Shown: positions 28,298 through 39,039, counted from the first letter of the stretch. The stretch is DNA of 64,000 nucleotides from Bacteroidota bacterium (GCA_023429135.1 JAEYWD010000094.1:66402-130401); one strand, 5' to 3'. The notes: generated from the sequence alone by a model not told the origin. Translations and numbers: made by a program.

Positions 28298-29980
28298 TTA
28301 ATTTCCCATAACCGAGAAATCAAAAGGAACCGGATCTTTCAAAAGATTAGGATTGATAGAAACGTCAACTTCAGGGAATGGCAGTTTAAATGTTGAGTGT
28401 GTTGGGACAAATTTACTGCTATTCAGCGTTACAGCGCTGTTCGGATCTTTATAATAGGCTGTTAAACCATTATAAGAGCCTCTTTCCTGTTCACCTAATT
28501 TAGAGATAGCCAAATCGGGTTCAAAATAGTGTAAGCGAACATAGTCGTACCAGTTGTCACCTTCATAAGCTAACTCTAATCTTCTTTCTTTAAAGACCTC
28601 CCAGAAATCAATGGAAGTTTTAGGTGTCCAACCTGAAATGGCTCTTGCACGAACGGCATTATAAGCTTTTAGTGCAGAAGCATCGGTAGTACTTGAATTA
28701 ACAGTAGGCAGGAAAGCCTCGGCATAAACGAGGTAAATATCAGCTAAACGAAGAATATGAGTACTTAGGCTGGTTTTCATAAAGTCGGACGGTACACCTC
28801 CAGTTTCAGCAACGTGGTCTTCTTTGCTTCCAACAATATGTTTCACTCCGTAAGCGCCGGTTGGACTGGCAAAAACGCTTTCATTATCGTAGGTACAGGT
28901 AAAACCACCTTTGGTTCTCCACCAATTGGTATATTTATCATTTACCATCATCATGGTAGCTTTACGTCGTGCATCGGTGTTATTCCTTGTTTTGGATTTG
29001 GCATCTTCTCCGAACGCATTCTGCAAATCGATAGAAGGACCCGACCAGGTTCCCCAACCATCGCCATGACCGGTGAAGTTCTGAACAGCCAAGTCGGCCT
29101 GCATAGCATTCTGCGGTCCCCAATCGGAGGCAACCACCCAGTGCCATGATATTAAATTCTCAGGATTACGATTCCCTTTCGAAATAGTGAAAAGATCAGC
29201 ATAATTTTCGGTGAGAGCCAGACCACTTTCATTAATTACCTTGCCGGCATACAATTTAGCTTTTTCAAGATCATCGGCATTTCTGGTTCCGCTTTGTCCC
29301 AAACCTGAGCGGGTAAGGTAAACTTTTGCAAGTAAACCATAGGCAGACCATTTATTAATACGGCCAGGCAAACCTTGGGCAGGAAGAAGATCAGAAGCCT
29401 GAGTTAAAGTTCTGACAATGTATTCATAAATGTCGGCTGCAGTATTTTTCATCACATTGGATGCCTGTCCGTTTTCAATCAACTTCGAGTTGCTGTGAAT
29501 AATTGGAGCATCGTGGAACATTCTTACAAGATAAAAGTAAGCCATTGCTTTCCATACCATTGCTTCGCCAATTACAGCATTTTTAACTTCGGGGCTGCAG
29601 TTTGGTCCGGCTTTCTTGGTAACATTCTCGATAACGCTGTTGCAATATGCAACCGCAGTCCATACAGAGTTGGAAGCATTTAAAAGGTCGGTTGTGGAAC
29701 CGGTAACCGAGAAACTAAAGAACGGATCGGTACCTCCTTTGTTAGCATTACCTGCCATAGCATCGCCAATGGCGAGAAATGCTCTTTGATAATCGAACCA
29801 AACACCTCCGTAAAGAGGGTTAGCCGATTGATACAACTGATCGTCAGTATTATAAAAACTATCGGTTGTATAGGAATCTTCGGGCGGACGGTGTAAGAAA
29901 TCTTCCGAACACGCATTGCCAATAAATATGAGCAGAACAATTAAAAAGAACTTGCTTTTGTTATATAATAATTTTCTCAT
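28298..29980 (-). CDS. susD: SusD/RagB family nutrient-binding outer-membrane lipoprotein
   Basis: 560 aa with the lipobox 'FIGNACSEDFL'. SusD-type TPR-like blocks are present ('RAFLAIGDAMAGNA', 'YAEAFL', 'ERRLELAYEGDNWYDYVR'). It starts 13 nt after SusC. Confidence 0.9.
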   Translation of the reverse strand: MRKLLYNKSKFFLIVLLIFIGNACSEDFLHRPPEDSYTTDSFYNTDDQLYQSANPLYGGVWFDYQRAFLAIGDAMAGNANKGGTDPFFSFSVTGSTTDLLNASNSVWTAVAYCNSVIENVTKKAGPNCSPEVKNAVIGEAMVWKAMAYFYLVRMFHDAPIIHSNSKLIENGQASNVMKNTAADIYEYIVRTLTQASDLLPAQGLPGRINKWSAYGLLAKVYLTRSGLGQSGTRNADDLEKAKLYAGKVINESGLALTENYADLFTISKGNRNPENLISWHWVVASDWGPQNAMQADLAVQNFTGHGDGWGTWSGPSIDLQNAFGEDAKSKTRNNTDARRKATMMMVNDKYTNWWRTKGGFTCTYDNESVFASPTGAYGVKHIVGSKEDHVAETGGVPSDFMKTSLSTHILRLADIYLVYAEAFLPTVNSSTTDASALKAYNAVRARAISGWTPKTSIDFWEVFKERRLELAYEGDNWYDYVRLHYFEPDLAISKLGEQERGSYNGLTAYYKDPNSAVTLNSSKFVPTHSTFKLPFPEVDVSINPNLLKDPVPFDFSVMGN

Positions 29981-29992
29981 GGATTGCGGAAA

Positions 29993-32900
29993 TTAAAATG
30001 AAACATTTAAACCGAATGAATAAATCCTTGGCGACGGGTACCTTCCGTTATCAAGTCCAAATACATAAGGATCGAGTGTGTCCTGACCAATTTCAGGGTC
30101 GAAACCTGTGTATTTTGTAAAAGTGACAAGGTTCTGGACACTGGCACTCAGTTTTAGCTGTTGAATACCAAACTTGGATATTAATGAATTTGGCACATTG
30201 TAAGCAAGGCTTACGTTTTTAACCCTGAGGAAAGAACCATCTTCAAGATATCTGTCGGACATACGGAGGTTCTGGTTTGGATCGCCCCAATGAGCACGTG
30301 GAACATCGGTATCGGGATTCATAACGCGAACGTTGGTAACATCTTCGAACCAGTTGTTAACTCCATTTGCCGGATATACAATACTGGGATCAATAGCTTC
30401 AAGCTTGGCCCTGTTTGTAACAAGCTGCAACTGGTTATCCCATTGACTTGTCATAGAACTGATGTTTCTTCCAAAATAGTTGAACAACTTGTTGCCATAC
30501 TGACCCATGAGGAAAACATTCAGTTCAAAACCTTTGAAACGGAAAGCATTGGTTACACCAAAGGAGAACTTAGGCATCGAAGATCCAAGAATGGTACGGT
30601 CGTACTCGTCAATTAGACCATCAGGTGTTCCGTCGGGGCCACTAATATCTTCAAATTTAAGGTCGCCTGGGAATACGGTATTGTCGCGGTTGAAAACAGG
30701 ATTGCCGCTGTTGTCAACTTTAAATCCTTTGGGTTTCGGACTGTCGAGAATGTCCTGCATGTCCTTGTAAACGCCTGCAACTTTGTATCCGTAGAAGTTA
30801 CCAATTGGCTGACCGGCTTCAGTAACTGTAATAAGGTCGAACCACTGTGCATAACCATATAGTTTGGCATCGCTTGTACCTATGTTAACCAGTTCGTTGC
30901 GGTTAAATGTAAGGGCAACATCGGTATCCCACTGGAAATCGCCTGTAAAATTCTTTGTCGATAAAGAGAATTCGAGACCTTTGTTCTGAATTTCGCCAAA
31001 GTTACCCATAGGAGCCTTCATGTTGAAGGCGGGGTTGCCGCTTGTTCCCATGTACGAAGGCAACTGCATCTGCATAAGCATATCTTTGGAAGTCTTCATA
31101 TAAGCTTCAATAGTAAGGTCAATTCTGCTGTTGAAGAACGAAAGATCAAGACCGAGGTTTGTCATTTCTGAAGTCTCCCAGCGAATATTTGGATTGGCAA
31201 AGTTCGACATGCGGAACCCCGCTCCCAGGTTAGTAGGAAGTTTTGCTAACGAAGAACCCCACCGGTAACCGCCGATGTTCTGATTTCCAGTTTGTCCCCA
31301 GCCTAATCTTAATTTAAGATTGTTCATGGTTTGATTAACCGACTGCATAAAAGGTTCGTTCGAGATTTTCCATGAACCTGCAACAGCAGGGAAGTAAGCC
31401 CAACGATTGTTCGGACCAAAATTGGAAGATCCGTCAGCACGGTAAGTAAATGTTATGAAATACTTGTCGGAGAAATTGTAGTTCAAACGGGTATAGTATG
31501 AGCTAAGTGCACCCGATCCTCTACCTGAACCAACCGCCATCGACTTAAGGTCGCCAAGACCTGGCTCATGAATATCGTTTGTAGGTAATGATTTGGATTC
31601 ACCACTCATATACTCATAACCCCATGAAGATGCTTCCTGACCTACCATGGCAGTAATGTTATGCTTTGTAGCCAGACTAACATTATAAGTCAGGTAGTTC
31701 TTAAATTGCCAGAAAGTATTCTGATTGTAACGTTTCGAAGAAGAGTTCTGATCGTTAATAACAGTACCGTATTTATAGGTTGGTTTGAAGGCATAACCAT
31801 TGGTATAACCCAGGTCACCACCAAGTTCCGATCTTAATTGAAGTCCTTTGAAGAGTTTGATATCCGCATAAATGTTGCCAAGCAAACGGGTACGTTTCAT
31901 CTGGTTTTCTTCGTCCAGAGCTTTTGCAATGGGGTTTATACGGCCACTCACACCTTCGCCGGTTGCAGTAGCATAAGTTCCGTCGAGATTATAAACCGGA
32001 ACATCAGGAGTTTGCTTGGCTGCAGTTTGAATAATACCACCTGTTTGGTCGTACAAACCAATATGATCAGTAGTATTGGAAAGCATCAGGCTGGTACCTG
32101 TTTTTAACCACTTTTTCAAATCAGAATCAATATTAGCACGGAAGGAATACCTGGTAAAGTCAGAACCTACAATAGTACCATCCTGTTTATAGTATCCGCC
32201 GCTAAGTGCATACTGAGCAACATTTGAACCGCCTGTAGCTGTTAAGTTATGACTCTGCATTGGTGCAACACGGAAAATTTCATCCTGCCAGTTAGTACCT
32301 TCACCAAGTAAAGATGGATCGGCAAATTCGGCACGAGGAGTTTTGCCGTTTGTTTCAGCGGAAAGGTCGTTCTGATATTCGGCAAATTCACGAAGGTTCA
32401 TTAATTTCAAACGTTCAACCTGTGTTTGAACTCCATACATTCCTTCGTAAGTAAACTTAGCACTGTTGGCTTTTCCACGACGTGTGGTGATGAGCACAAC
32501 ACCGTTTGATCCACGAGAACCGTAAATAGCAGTGGCCGAAGCATCCTTCAGAATTTCCATCGAAACGATATCTGATGGGTTGATACTGGACAATGCCGAA
32601 AAAGCAGTTTTTCCACCACCACCTGCTGAACCTAAACCTACATCGTATACAGAACCCAGTGATGAAGAAATAGGCACACCATCAATTACATATAATGGTT
32701 CTGCATCGGAGTTTAAGGTTGATGTACCACGGATACGGATGGAGCTTGATGAACCAGGCTGACCCGAAGTTTGGATTGCGGTTACACCGGCAGCCCTTCC
32801 CTGAAGTGCCTGATCAAGACTTGAATTGATAGAGGCTTTAACCTTATTTTCGTTTACCGAAACGGAAGAACCCGACAAATCACTTTTCTTGCTGGTACCA

Positions 32901-33622
32901 TAACCAATTACCACAACTTCTTCCAGTTTTTCGACATCGGGAATCAAAACAATATTGATTTCGGTGCGGCCTTGTACTGAAATTTTTTCAGTCATATAAC
33001 CAACATATGAGAAAACCAGAACAGAATTACCGGTAGGCACCTCAATTGCAAACTTTCCGTTAATATCGGAAGTAGTACCTAATGTAGTTCCGTCGACAAC
33101 AATATTAACACCTGGTAACGCCTCGTTAGTTGCCTGATCCACAATTGTACCTTTAACGGTAATATTCTGGGCAATACTGCTGATGGTTATACTTCTCTGC
33201 AGGGCCAGTTCGTTGCGTTCAACCGGACGAAATACCTCGGGAAGAATTGCATTAAGAAATCTGTTTTTCTTCTTCACCGGATAAATAACGTAGTATTCGT
33301 TGTTGATTTGTTCACACCGCAGATCGGTGTTACTCAGAAGCCGGTCAATAGAAGCTTCCAGACCTTCCTTTGAGATCTGCTCAACAGACACATCCGAATA
33401 TTTCTTGTCTAATAATCCGGCTTCATAGGAAAAATTAACCTGAAATTGTTTTGCAAGAGCATCAAAAGCTTGATTAAGGGTTACACCAGTATCCTCATTA
33501 GCCTGAGATTTCGTAAAATTAGATCCGTTTGCAAGCAATTGCTGCGAAAATGTATTTGCATACATCAGACAGAATGCCAAAACCAGATACAATTTGCTTC
33601 GCCAAAATAGTGGTTTTTTCAT
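29993..33622 (-). CDS. susC: SusC/RagA family TonB-linked outer-membrane transporter with N-terminal STN signalling domain
   Basis: 1,209 aa. The domain order is a signal peptide, an STN-like segment ('LNQAFDALAKQFQVNFSYEAGLL...NNEYYVIYP'), a CarboxypepD_reg domain ('VKGTIVDQATNEALPGVNIVVDGTT'), a plug ('VVVIGYGTSKKSDLSGS') and a C-terminal barrel ending '...YSFGLNVSF'. Confidence 0.9.
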   Translation of the reverse strand: MKKPLFWRSKLYLVLAFCLMYANTFSQQLLANGSNFTKSQANEDTGVTLNQAFDALAKQFQVNFSYEAGLLDKKYSDVSVEQISKEGLEASIDRLLSNTDLRCEQINNEYYVIYPVKKKNRFLNAILPEVFRPVERNELALQRSITISSIAQNITVKGTIVDQATNEALPGVNIVVDGTTLGTTSDINGKFAIEVPTGNSVLVFSYVGYMTEKISVQGRTEINIVLIPDVEKLEEVVVIGYGTSKKSDLSGSSVSVNENKVKASINSSLDQALQGRAAGVTAIQTSGQPGSSSSIRIRGTSTLNSDAEPLYVIDGVPISSSLGSVYDVGLGSAGGGGKTAFSALSSINPSDIVSMEILKDASATAIYGSRGSNGVVLITTRRGKANSAKFTYEGMYGVQTQVERLKLMNLREFAEYQNDLSAETNGKTPRAEFADPSLLGEGTNWQDEIFRVAPMQSHNLTATGGSNVAQYALSGGYYKQDGTIVGSDFTRYSFRANIDSDLKKWLKTGTSLMLSNTTDHIGLYDQTGGIIQTAAKQTPDVPVYNLDGTYATATGEGVSGRINPIAKALDEENQMKRTRLLGNIYADIKLFKGLQLRSELGGDLGYTNGYAFKPTYKYGTVINDQNSSSKRYNQNTFWQFKNYLTYNVSLATKHNITAMVGQEASSWGYEYMSGESKSLPTNDIHEPGLGDLKSMAVGSGRGSGALSSYYTRLNYNFSDKYFITFTYRADGSSNFGPNNRWAYFPAVAGSWKISNEPFMQSVNQTMNNLKLRLGWGQTGNQNIGGYRWGSSLAKLPTNLGAGFRMSNFANPNIRWETSEMTNLGLDLSFFNSRIDLTIEAYMKTSKDMLMQMQLPSYMGTSGNPAFNMKAPMGNFGEIQNKGLEFSLSTKNFTGDFQWDTDVALTFNRNELVNIGTSDAKLYGYAQWFDLITVTEAGQPIGNFYGYKVAGVYKDMQDILDSPKPKGFKVDNSGNPVFNRDNTVFPGDLKFEDISGPDGTPDGLIDEYDRTILGSSMPKFSFGVTNAFRFKGFELNVFLMGQYGNKLFNYFGRNISSMTSQWDNQLQLVTNRAKLEAIDPSIVYPANGVNNWFEDVTNVRVMNPDTDVPRAHWGDPNQNLRMSDRYLEDGSFLRVKNVSLAYNVPNSLISKFGIQQLKLSASVQNLVTFTKYTGFDPEIGQDTLDPYVFGLDNGRYPSPRIYSFGLNVSF

Positions 33623-33739
33623 AGTGAAATAGATGTTTTAAATAGTTGTTTTAGTTAATTAATTTTTTTTCTCTGTAGCTGTTAGCTGTTACAGATAATG
33701 CTTTGAATTAAGTGTTTGTCGTTTTTGTTTCATAGTAGT

Positions 33740-34753
33740 TTAATTTTCATGTTTTCTGTCAATATTTACATTATTACCATCACGTTTTATATCAAGATTA
33801 AATAGTTTTTCCAGTGTTTTAAAGAGTACATCTACATTATTGGTTGGGGCTGCGATTTTTATCCGTTTCGTATTCAGCCCCGAATCTTTTATTTCTACAT
33901 GCACACCATAAGTTTCCTGAATGATTTGCGTTAACTCAAGCAGCGAAATATCGTCGAACATAAGTTTGTGGGATGTCCAATAAGAATAGATGTCGGGATT
34001 TACCTTCTTTTTGGTTATTTTACTATCGGTTTTTGAATATTCAATATAATCCCCTGGCTTCATATCAATCTCCTTCACATTCGAAATATTGTCGAAATGA
34101 AGTTTGATACTGCCTGTACTCAGAATTACTTTTGTGTTGGCCTTTCGGTTTGTTACGTTAAAGCTGGTACCAACAACTTCAATGGTTACATCTTCGGCAT
34201 GGACCAAAAATTTGGCCTGCCCCGTTCCAGTTTTCTTTGTTACATTGAAAAAAGCCTCGCCTTCGAGCCATACTTCGCGGGTCTTGTTTGCATCCCACAC
34301 ATCTATATAGGTTAACTTGGAGTTGCCGTTAAGGGTAACATGTGAACTATCGGGAAGAATTACCTCTTTCAGTTCGCCATAATTTGAAAATACAACCTGA
34401 CGAGCAGGGTCTTCGACCCTAAATATATTGGTTAATATTAATATTCCAGCAACAATGGCGGCAGCAAGGCCGGCCCAAACAGAAATACGGCGGACATTCC
34501 AATGGCCCGACTGCCGGGAGTGATACCTGATATCCTTCCAGAGATCTTTCACTTCCGATTTCTGAAGCAGCTTTTGTTCCACACCTAGTGCCTCAACTAT
34601 TTTCCGGGCGTCGGAAATTTCTTTCGATAGCTCCGAATGGTCTTCAATAAACTGATTCCAGAATTCGTGGTCGGACTTTTCCGGCTGAAGCACCCATTTC
34701 TTGAACCCGGCGTGAAAGATAAAATCTTCCGAATCTTTAAAAATTATTTCCAT
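33740..34753 (-). CDS. FecR family anti-sigma factor
   Basis: The start was set at the ATG at 34753. There is a single TM ('VWAGLAAAIVAGILILTNIF'). The FecR periplasmic domain ('EVWLEGEAFFNV') is followed by a C-terminal domain of the type that contacts the SusC STN domain. Confidence 0.85.
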   Translation of the reverse strand: MEIIFKDSEDFIFHAGFKKWVLQPEKSDHEFWNQFIEDHSELSKEISDARKIVEALGVEQKLLQKSEVKDLWKDIRYHSRQSGHWNVRRISVWAGLAAAIVAGILILTNIFRVEDPARQVVFSNYGELKEVILPDSSHVTLNGNSKLTYIDVWDANKTREVWLEGEAFFNVTKKTGTGQAKFLVHAEDVTIEVVGTSFNVTNRKANTKVILSTGSIKLHFDNISNVKEIDMKPGDYIEYSKTDSKITKKKVNPDIYSYWTSHKLMFDDISLLELTQIIQETYGVHVEIKDSGLNTKRIKIAAPTNNVDVLFKTLEKLFNLDIKRDGNNVNIDRKHEN

Positions 34754-34979
34754 TCTTAAACAAATTTCAATGCTCTTCACCTCAAAAGAAGGCCTTCAAT
34801 CTACCTTCTTTGCAATCGATTTCAAAAAATGGTTATAACTCATTTAATTTCAACCATTAAAATTGAAAATATTGCGATTAAAAATTTTAGTCAGAACCTT
34901 ATAACTATAAAAGGCAATACCTAAATTTTTGTATGCACCGTTTTAAAAAAAAAATGAAAAAAATAATAAAAACTTTTGG

Positions 34980-35591
34980 CTACCTCCTGTACATTCTCAT
35001 AATCAGGAACATGCTTATTATTTTACTGTTCCCAACTTCTTGCCTTAAAGTTTTGATGGCTTTAAAAATTATTGTCCTGGCCGACTGATAACTTATGGAC
35101 ATCACCTCTGATATCTCATCGTACCCAAGCTCCTGATAAAATTTAAGATAAATGGCTTCCTTCTGACGTTTGCTTAATTTCTGCAAAAGCACTTTTACCT
35201 TTCCTTCCATTTCAAAATTTGTTTCCTCATCTATAAGCATATTTTCCACCGATGGTACCTGATTATCTTTCATCTCTTCGCTCTCATTATTCTCGAACCG
35301 GAGATGTATTATTTTACCACTGTTACGCGCTATTTTGCGCCGAAGACTTTTTAAAAGATAGAACTTAATATTATTGGTAGTACCCAGGTTGGAACGGTGA
35401 TTAATCAGCTCATAGAAAAGCTCCTGAATGCAGTCTTTTACAAAATCGCCATTATTGTTGAACTTGATTCCATAATTGTAGAGTGCATCAATATGAGAAT
35501 GATAGATTTTAGAAAGAGCAGTTTCATTTCCTTCTTTAAATTTATCCCAAACAACCGCATCACTAAGTTCTGAAAAAGCATGGGTGCTCAT
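34980..35591 (-). CDS. ECF-type RNA polymerase sigma-70 family factor
   Basis: 203 aa. The sigma region 2 ('HIDALYNYGIKF...DCIQELFYEL') is followed by a region 4 HTH ('QKEAIYLKFYQELGYDEISEVMSISYQSARTIIFKAIKTLR'). Confidence 0.85.
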   Translation of the reverse strand: MSTHAFSELSDAVVWDKFKEGNETALSKIYHSHIDALYNYGIKFNNNGDFVKDCIQELFYELINHRSNLGTTNNIKFYLLKSLRRKIARNSGKIIHLRFENNESEEMKDNQVPSVENMLIDEETNFEMEGKVKVLLQKLSKRQKEAIYLKFYQELGYDEISEVMSISYQSARTIIFKAIKTLRQEVGNSKIISMFLIMRMYRR

Positions 35592-35874
35592 CCGCAGGAA
35601 TCAGTTTTTATAATCACAAATGTAAAAATTATTCAATATCAATGATTGTCAGTATTTATTAAAGTGTAAAAGTAACAACTAAAATTAAATCCTAAATAAA
35701 CATGAACTTATTTACATATTTATCAGAATGTATTTAGAATGCTTCTAAAATAAAAGTTTATTGTACATTCAATTTAATTTTTATTAAATATTGATTTATT
35801 TTGTGCCTGCTTTTTTAAGCACAACAATATATATTTTAGCTATATACAATTAAAGAAATTTAATATTTTAAAAA

Positions 35875-37092
35875 ATGAAACAATCAGTTGCAATATTATG
35901 TGCAGGAGGACCCGCACCGGGTATCAATACCGTAATCAGTTCGGTTACCAAAGTTTTTCTTCGGAACGGATTTGAAGTAATTGGAGTACACGAAGGATAT
36001 AAAACTCTTTTCAAAGGCGAGCCCAATATCGAGAAACTCGATTTTATGCATGCTGACAGCATTTACAGCCGTGGTGGTTCAGCGCTCCGTATGAGTCGTT
36101 TCAAGCCTAAAGATGACGATTTCAAACCTGATTTTTTTGAAAAATTCAATGTTAAACTTTTGGTTACAATCGGTGGCGACGATACAGCTTCAACTGCTGC
36201 ACGTTTAACAAAATATCTGCAATCGAAAAACCTGGATGTTAAAAACATTCACGTTCCAAAAACCATCGACAACGACTTACCTCTTGCCGAAGGTATTCCA
36301 ACATTTGGTTACCACTCTGCTAAAGAAGAAGGCGTTCGCTTGGCAACCACCGTTTATGAAGATGCACGTACCAGCGGAACCTGGTTTGTTGTAGCTGCCA
36401 TGGGTCGCGAAGCTGGTCACCTTGCTCTGGGTATTGGTGCTTCGGTTCACTATCCTATGATCATCATTCCTGAGATGTTCAACAAAACCAAACTTACTTT
36501 CGAAGCCATTACCAACCTGGTTGTTTCGTCTATTCTGAAGAGAAAAATTATGGGTATTGACTATGGTTGCGCCATCATCAGCGAAGGTGTGTTTCATTTC
36601 ATGAGCGACGAAGAAATTATTGGTTCGGGCATTCAGTTCACCTACGACGATCATGGTCACCCTGAATTAGGAAACGTTTCGAAATCACATATTTTCAATT
36701 ACCTGTTACAGGTGAAATTAAAAGCTCTTGGTCTCAATGTAAAAAGTCGTCCCAACGAAATGGGTTACGAACTCCGTTGCTGTCGCCCCATTGCATACGA
36801 CTTAAACTATGCCACCCAGTTAGGTTTAGGCGTTTACAAGCTTTACAGCGAAGGTAAGAGCGGTTGCATGGTTACCCTTAACCAGAATAACGAAATTGCT
36901 CCTCTTTACCTCAAAGATGTATCGGACGAAAAAGGAAAAGTTATTCCTCGCCTGGTTAACATCGAATCGGCAAGGTTTAAACTGACCATCGAAAACAATC
37001 TTCATTACATCACCTCTGAGGATTATGAAGCTGCAAAAAAATATGTTCAGAACCCCGAAGAATACGACTTCAAGAAGATTTTGAACTGGTAA
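35875..37092 (+). CDS. pfp: 6-phosphofructokinase, predicted pyrophosphate-dependent
   Basis: 405 aa with 'GGPAPGINTVI', 'TIGGDDTAST' and 'HVPKTIDNDL'. The Asp in GGDD and the Lys in PKTIDND are the residues that distinguish PPi-dependent from ATP-dependent PFKs. Confidence 0.8.
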   Translation: MKQSVAILCAGGPAPGINTVISSVTKVFLRNGFEVIGVHEGYKTLFKGEPNIEKLDFMHADSIYSRGGSALRMSRFKPKDDDFKPDFFEKFNVKLLVTIGGDDTASTAARLTKYLQSKNLDVKNIHVPKTIDNDLPLAEGIPTFGYHSAKEEGVRLATTVYEDARTSGTWFVVAAMGREAGHLALGIGASVHYPMIIIPEMFNKTKLTFEAITNLVVSSILKRKIMGIDYGCAIISEGVFHFMSDEEIIGSGIQFTYDDHGHPELGNVSKSHIFNYLLQVKLKALGLNVKSRPNEMGYELRCCRPIAYDLNYATQLGLGVYKLYSEGKSGCMVTLNQNNEIAPLYLKDVSDEKGKVIPRLVNIESARFKLTIENNLHYITSEDYEAAKKYVQNPEEYDFKKILNW

Positions 37093-37095
37093 AAC

Positions 37096-37125
37096 AAAAA
37101 AGGCTGCCGAATGGCAGCCTTTTTT
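37096..37125. terminator. bidirectional rho-independent terminator between pfp and the GH20 gene
   Basis: AAAAA-AGGCTGCC-gaat-GGCAGCCT-TTTTT. The stem runs 37101..37108 / 37113..37120, with an A-run on one side and a T-run on the other, between convergent genes. Confidence 0.75.
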
Positions 37126-37152
37126 GTTTTATGACATTTAAACCATTTTTCT

Positions 37153-39039
37153 TTACATCGCTCCCATCCTTGCTTCCAGTTGCTTGCGGCTCAATGTTAT
37201 TAAATGCCCTATCGGTTTTCCGTCACGATAGGTAATAGTACGCAGCGTGATGGGGCCTTCGGGTAATTCAACCGGCTTTGTATATTTGGCTGTGAACTTA
37301 TCTGGCATAGCATCGTCGATGGTGTAATAAATTTCTAGATTTGGAACCTCAGCTTCCATAATCAGTACAAGTTTTTCATCTTTCTTTTGTGTGCGGATAA
37401 TAGGATCGTACACTGCCGTGGAATAGTTGATATTTCCGGCTTCAGCCCTTTTGAAAAAATACTCCATTCGCGGAACAAAATTTTCCCAGTTTTTAGCAGT
37501 TTTCGGTGACCAGAATACCTCCGAAAGAGCCCATGCCCGGGGGAAGGTCATATATTCAGCATGGCGAAATGTTGGAAGTTGCTCACTCCAAAGATTACCC
37601 TGTCCGCCAAGTATGTGTTTGGGATCGACATTGTCGGGAACGGGTTCGAAGCTATAGGACTTGCTTACACGCAGACTGGCATAGATGGGTGGCTCAATGG
37701 TCGGCTCTCCTTGCATATAATCAATATATGCATATGTTGTTGGAGTCATTATAACATCGTGACCCATATGAGCCGCTTCAATACCGTGTTTCATGCTTCT
37801 CCAGCTCATAAGTGTGGCTTCGGGCGAAATTCCCCCTTCAAGAATTTCGTCCCATCCCAGTAATTTTTTACCCTTTGTTTTAAGAATACCTTCCACGCGG
37901 TTCATAAAATAACCCTGAAGGTCTTCCACGTGACGGATATTCAGCTTTTTCATCAAAGCCTGACAACCTTCATCCTGAAGCCAGAAACCTTTGTAACATT
38001 CGTCGCCTCCAACATGTATGTACTGAGCCGGGAATAAGGCAGCAACTTCAGTAAAAACTTTATCGAGAAATTCGTACACTTTTTCGTCCGAAGGATTTAA
38101 GGTATTATCCACATGCATTTTAAAGGTACCATTGCCATACCAATCGGCAAAGTTGGTTCCTGGGTTAACCATGGTATTAGGATTCTTTGTACAGCTAAGT
38201 TCCGGATATGCCGCAATAGCAGCCATGCTATGGCCGGGAACATCAATTTCAGGAACAACAGTTACATTTCTGTCGGCGGCATATTTCAAAATTTCCTTGA
38301 TATCTTCCTGGGTATAAAATCCACCATAAGTAGTGGGTTCGCCGGGTTTTGGTTCGGCGCGGTCGCCAAAATGACCGGCACGTTCAACTCTCCAGGCCCC
38401 AACTTCGGTGAGTTTGGGTAACGATTTTATTTCGATACGCCAACCGTTATCGTCGGTAAGATGCCAGTGAAATACATTGTACTTATAGCGGGTCATTTGA
38501 TCGATATAGCGTTTTACTTCTTCTTTTGTAAAGAAATTACGACTTACGTCGAGCATTAAACCACGCCATGCAAACCTGGGATAATCCTTGATTTTCACGG
38601 CAGGAACCGGCCAGGTGGCTTTTACCGGAGTTGTACTTTCAATTTCGAGCGGAAAGAGCTGAAGCAGCGTTTGAGCGCCATAATATAATCCGGCGGGTTG
38701 ATTTGCCTCAATAACAATACCTTTAGAGGATACTTCAAGTGTGTAGCCTTCTTTTCCAAGTTCGGGACTGGCAGTTTCATTCAATTTTAACAAAATGGTT
38801 CCGGAATTGCCTTGTTGAGCTTTTAGTTTAAAACCGGTGGATCTGTTTAATCTTTCTGCCAGGTTTGCAGCAGCAAACTGTCCTTCGGCTTTGTTAAATG
38901 CAATAGAAGCACCGCTGGTTAACATAAAAGTTCCCCCCATTTGCTTCATCTCAACAGGTTGGGGAATCAGCCTGACAGTTTGCTGTGCAGAAACCTGCAA
39001 CACTGCCATAATAAGTAGAATTGAAAATAAGTGTTTCAT
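37153..39039 (-). CDS. beta-N-acetylhexosaminidase (glycoside hydrolase family 20)
   Basis: 628 aa with the signal 'MKHLFSILLIMAVLQVSAQ'. GH20 blocks are present: 'RGLMLDVSRNF', 'NVFHWHLTDDNGWRIEI' and 'IHVGGDEC' (catalytic D-E). Confidence 0.9.
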   Translation of the reverse strand: MKHLFSILLIMAVLQVSAQQTVRLIPQPVEMKQMGGTFMLTSGASIAFNKAEGQFAAANLAERLNRSTGFKLKAQQGNSGTILLKLNETASPELGKEGYTLEVSSKGIVIEANQPAGLYYGAQTLLQLFPLEIESTTPVKATWPVPAVKIKDYPRFAWRGLMLDVSRNFFTKEEVKRYIDQMTRYKYNVFHWHLTDDNGWRIEIKSLPKLTEVGAWRVERAGHFGDRAEPKPGEPTTYGGFYTQEDIKEILKYAADRNVTVVPEIDVPGHSMAAIAAYPELSCTKNPNTMVNPGTNFADWYGNGTFKMHVDNTLNPSDEKVYEFLDKVFTEVAALFPAQYIHVGGDECYKGFWLQDEGCQALMKKLNIRHVEDLQGYFMNRVEGILKTKGKKLLGWDEILEGGISPEATLMSWRSMKHGIEAAHMGHDVIMTPTTYAYIDYMQGEPTIEPPIYASLRVSKSYSFEPVPDNVDPKHILGGQGNLWSEQLPTFRHAEYMTFPRAWALSEVFWSPKTAKNWENFVPRMEYFFKRAEAGNINYSTAVYDPIIRTQKKDEKLVLIMEAEVPNLEIYYTIDDAMPDKFTAKYTKPVELPEGPITLRTITYRDGKPIGHLITLSRKQLEARMGAM

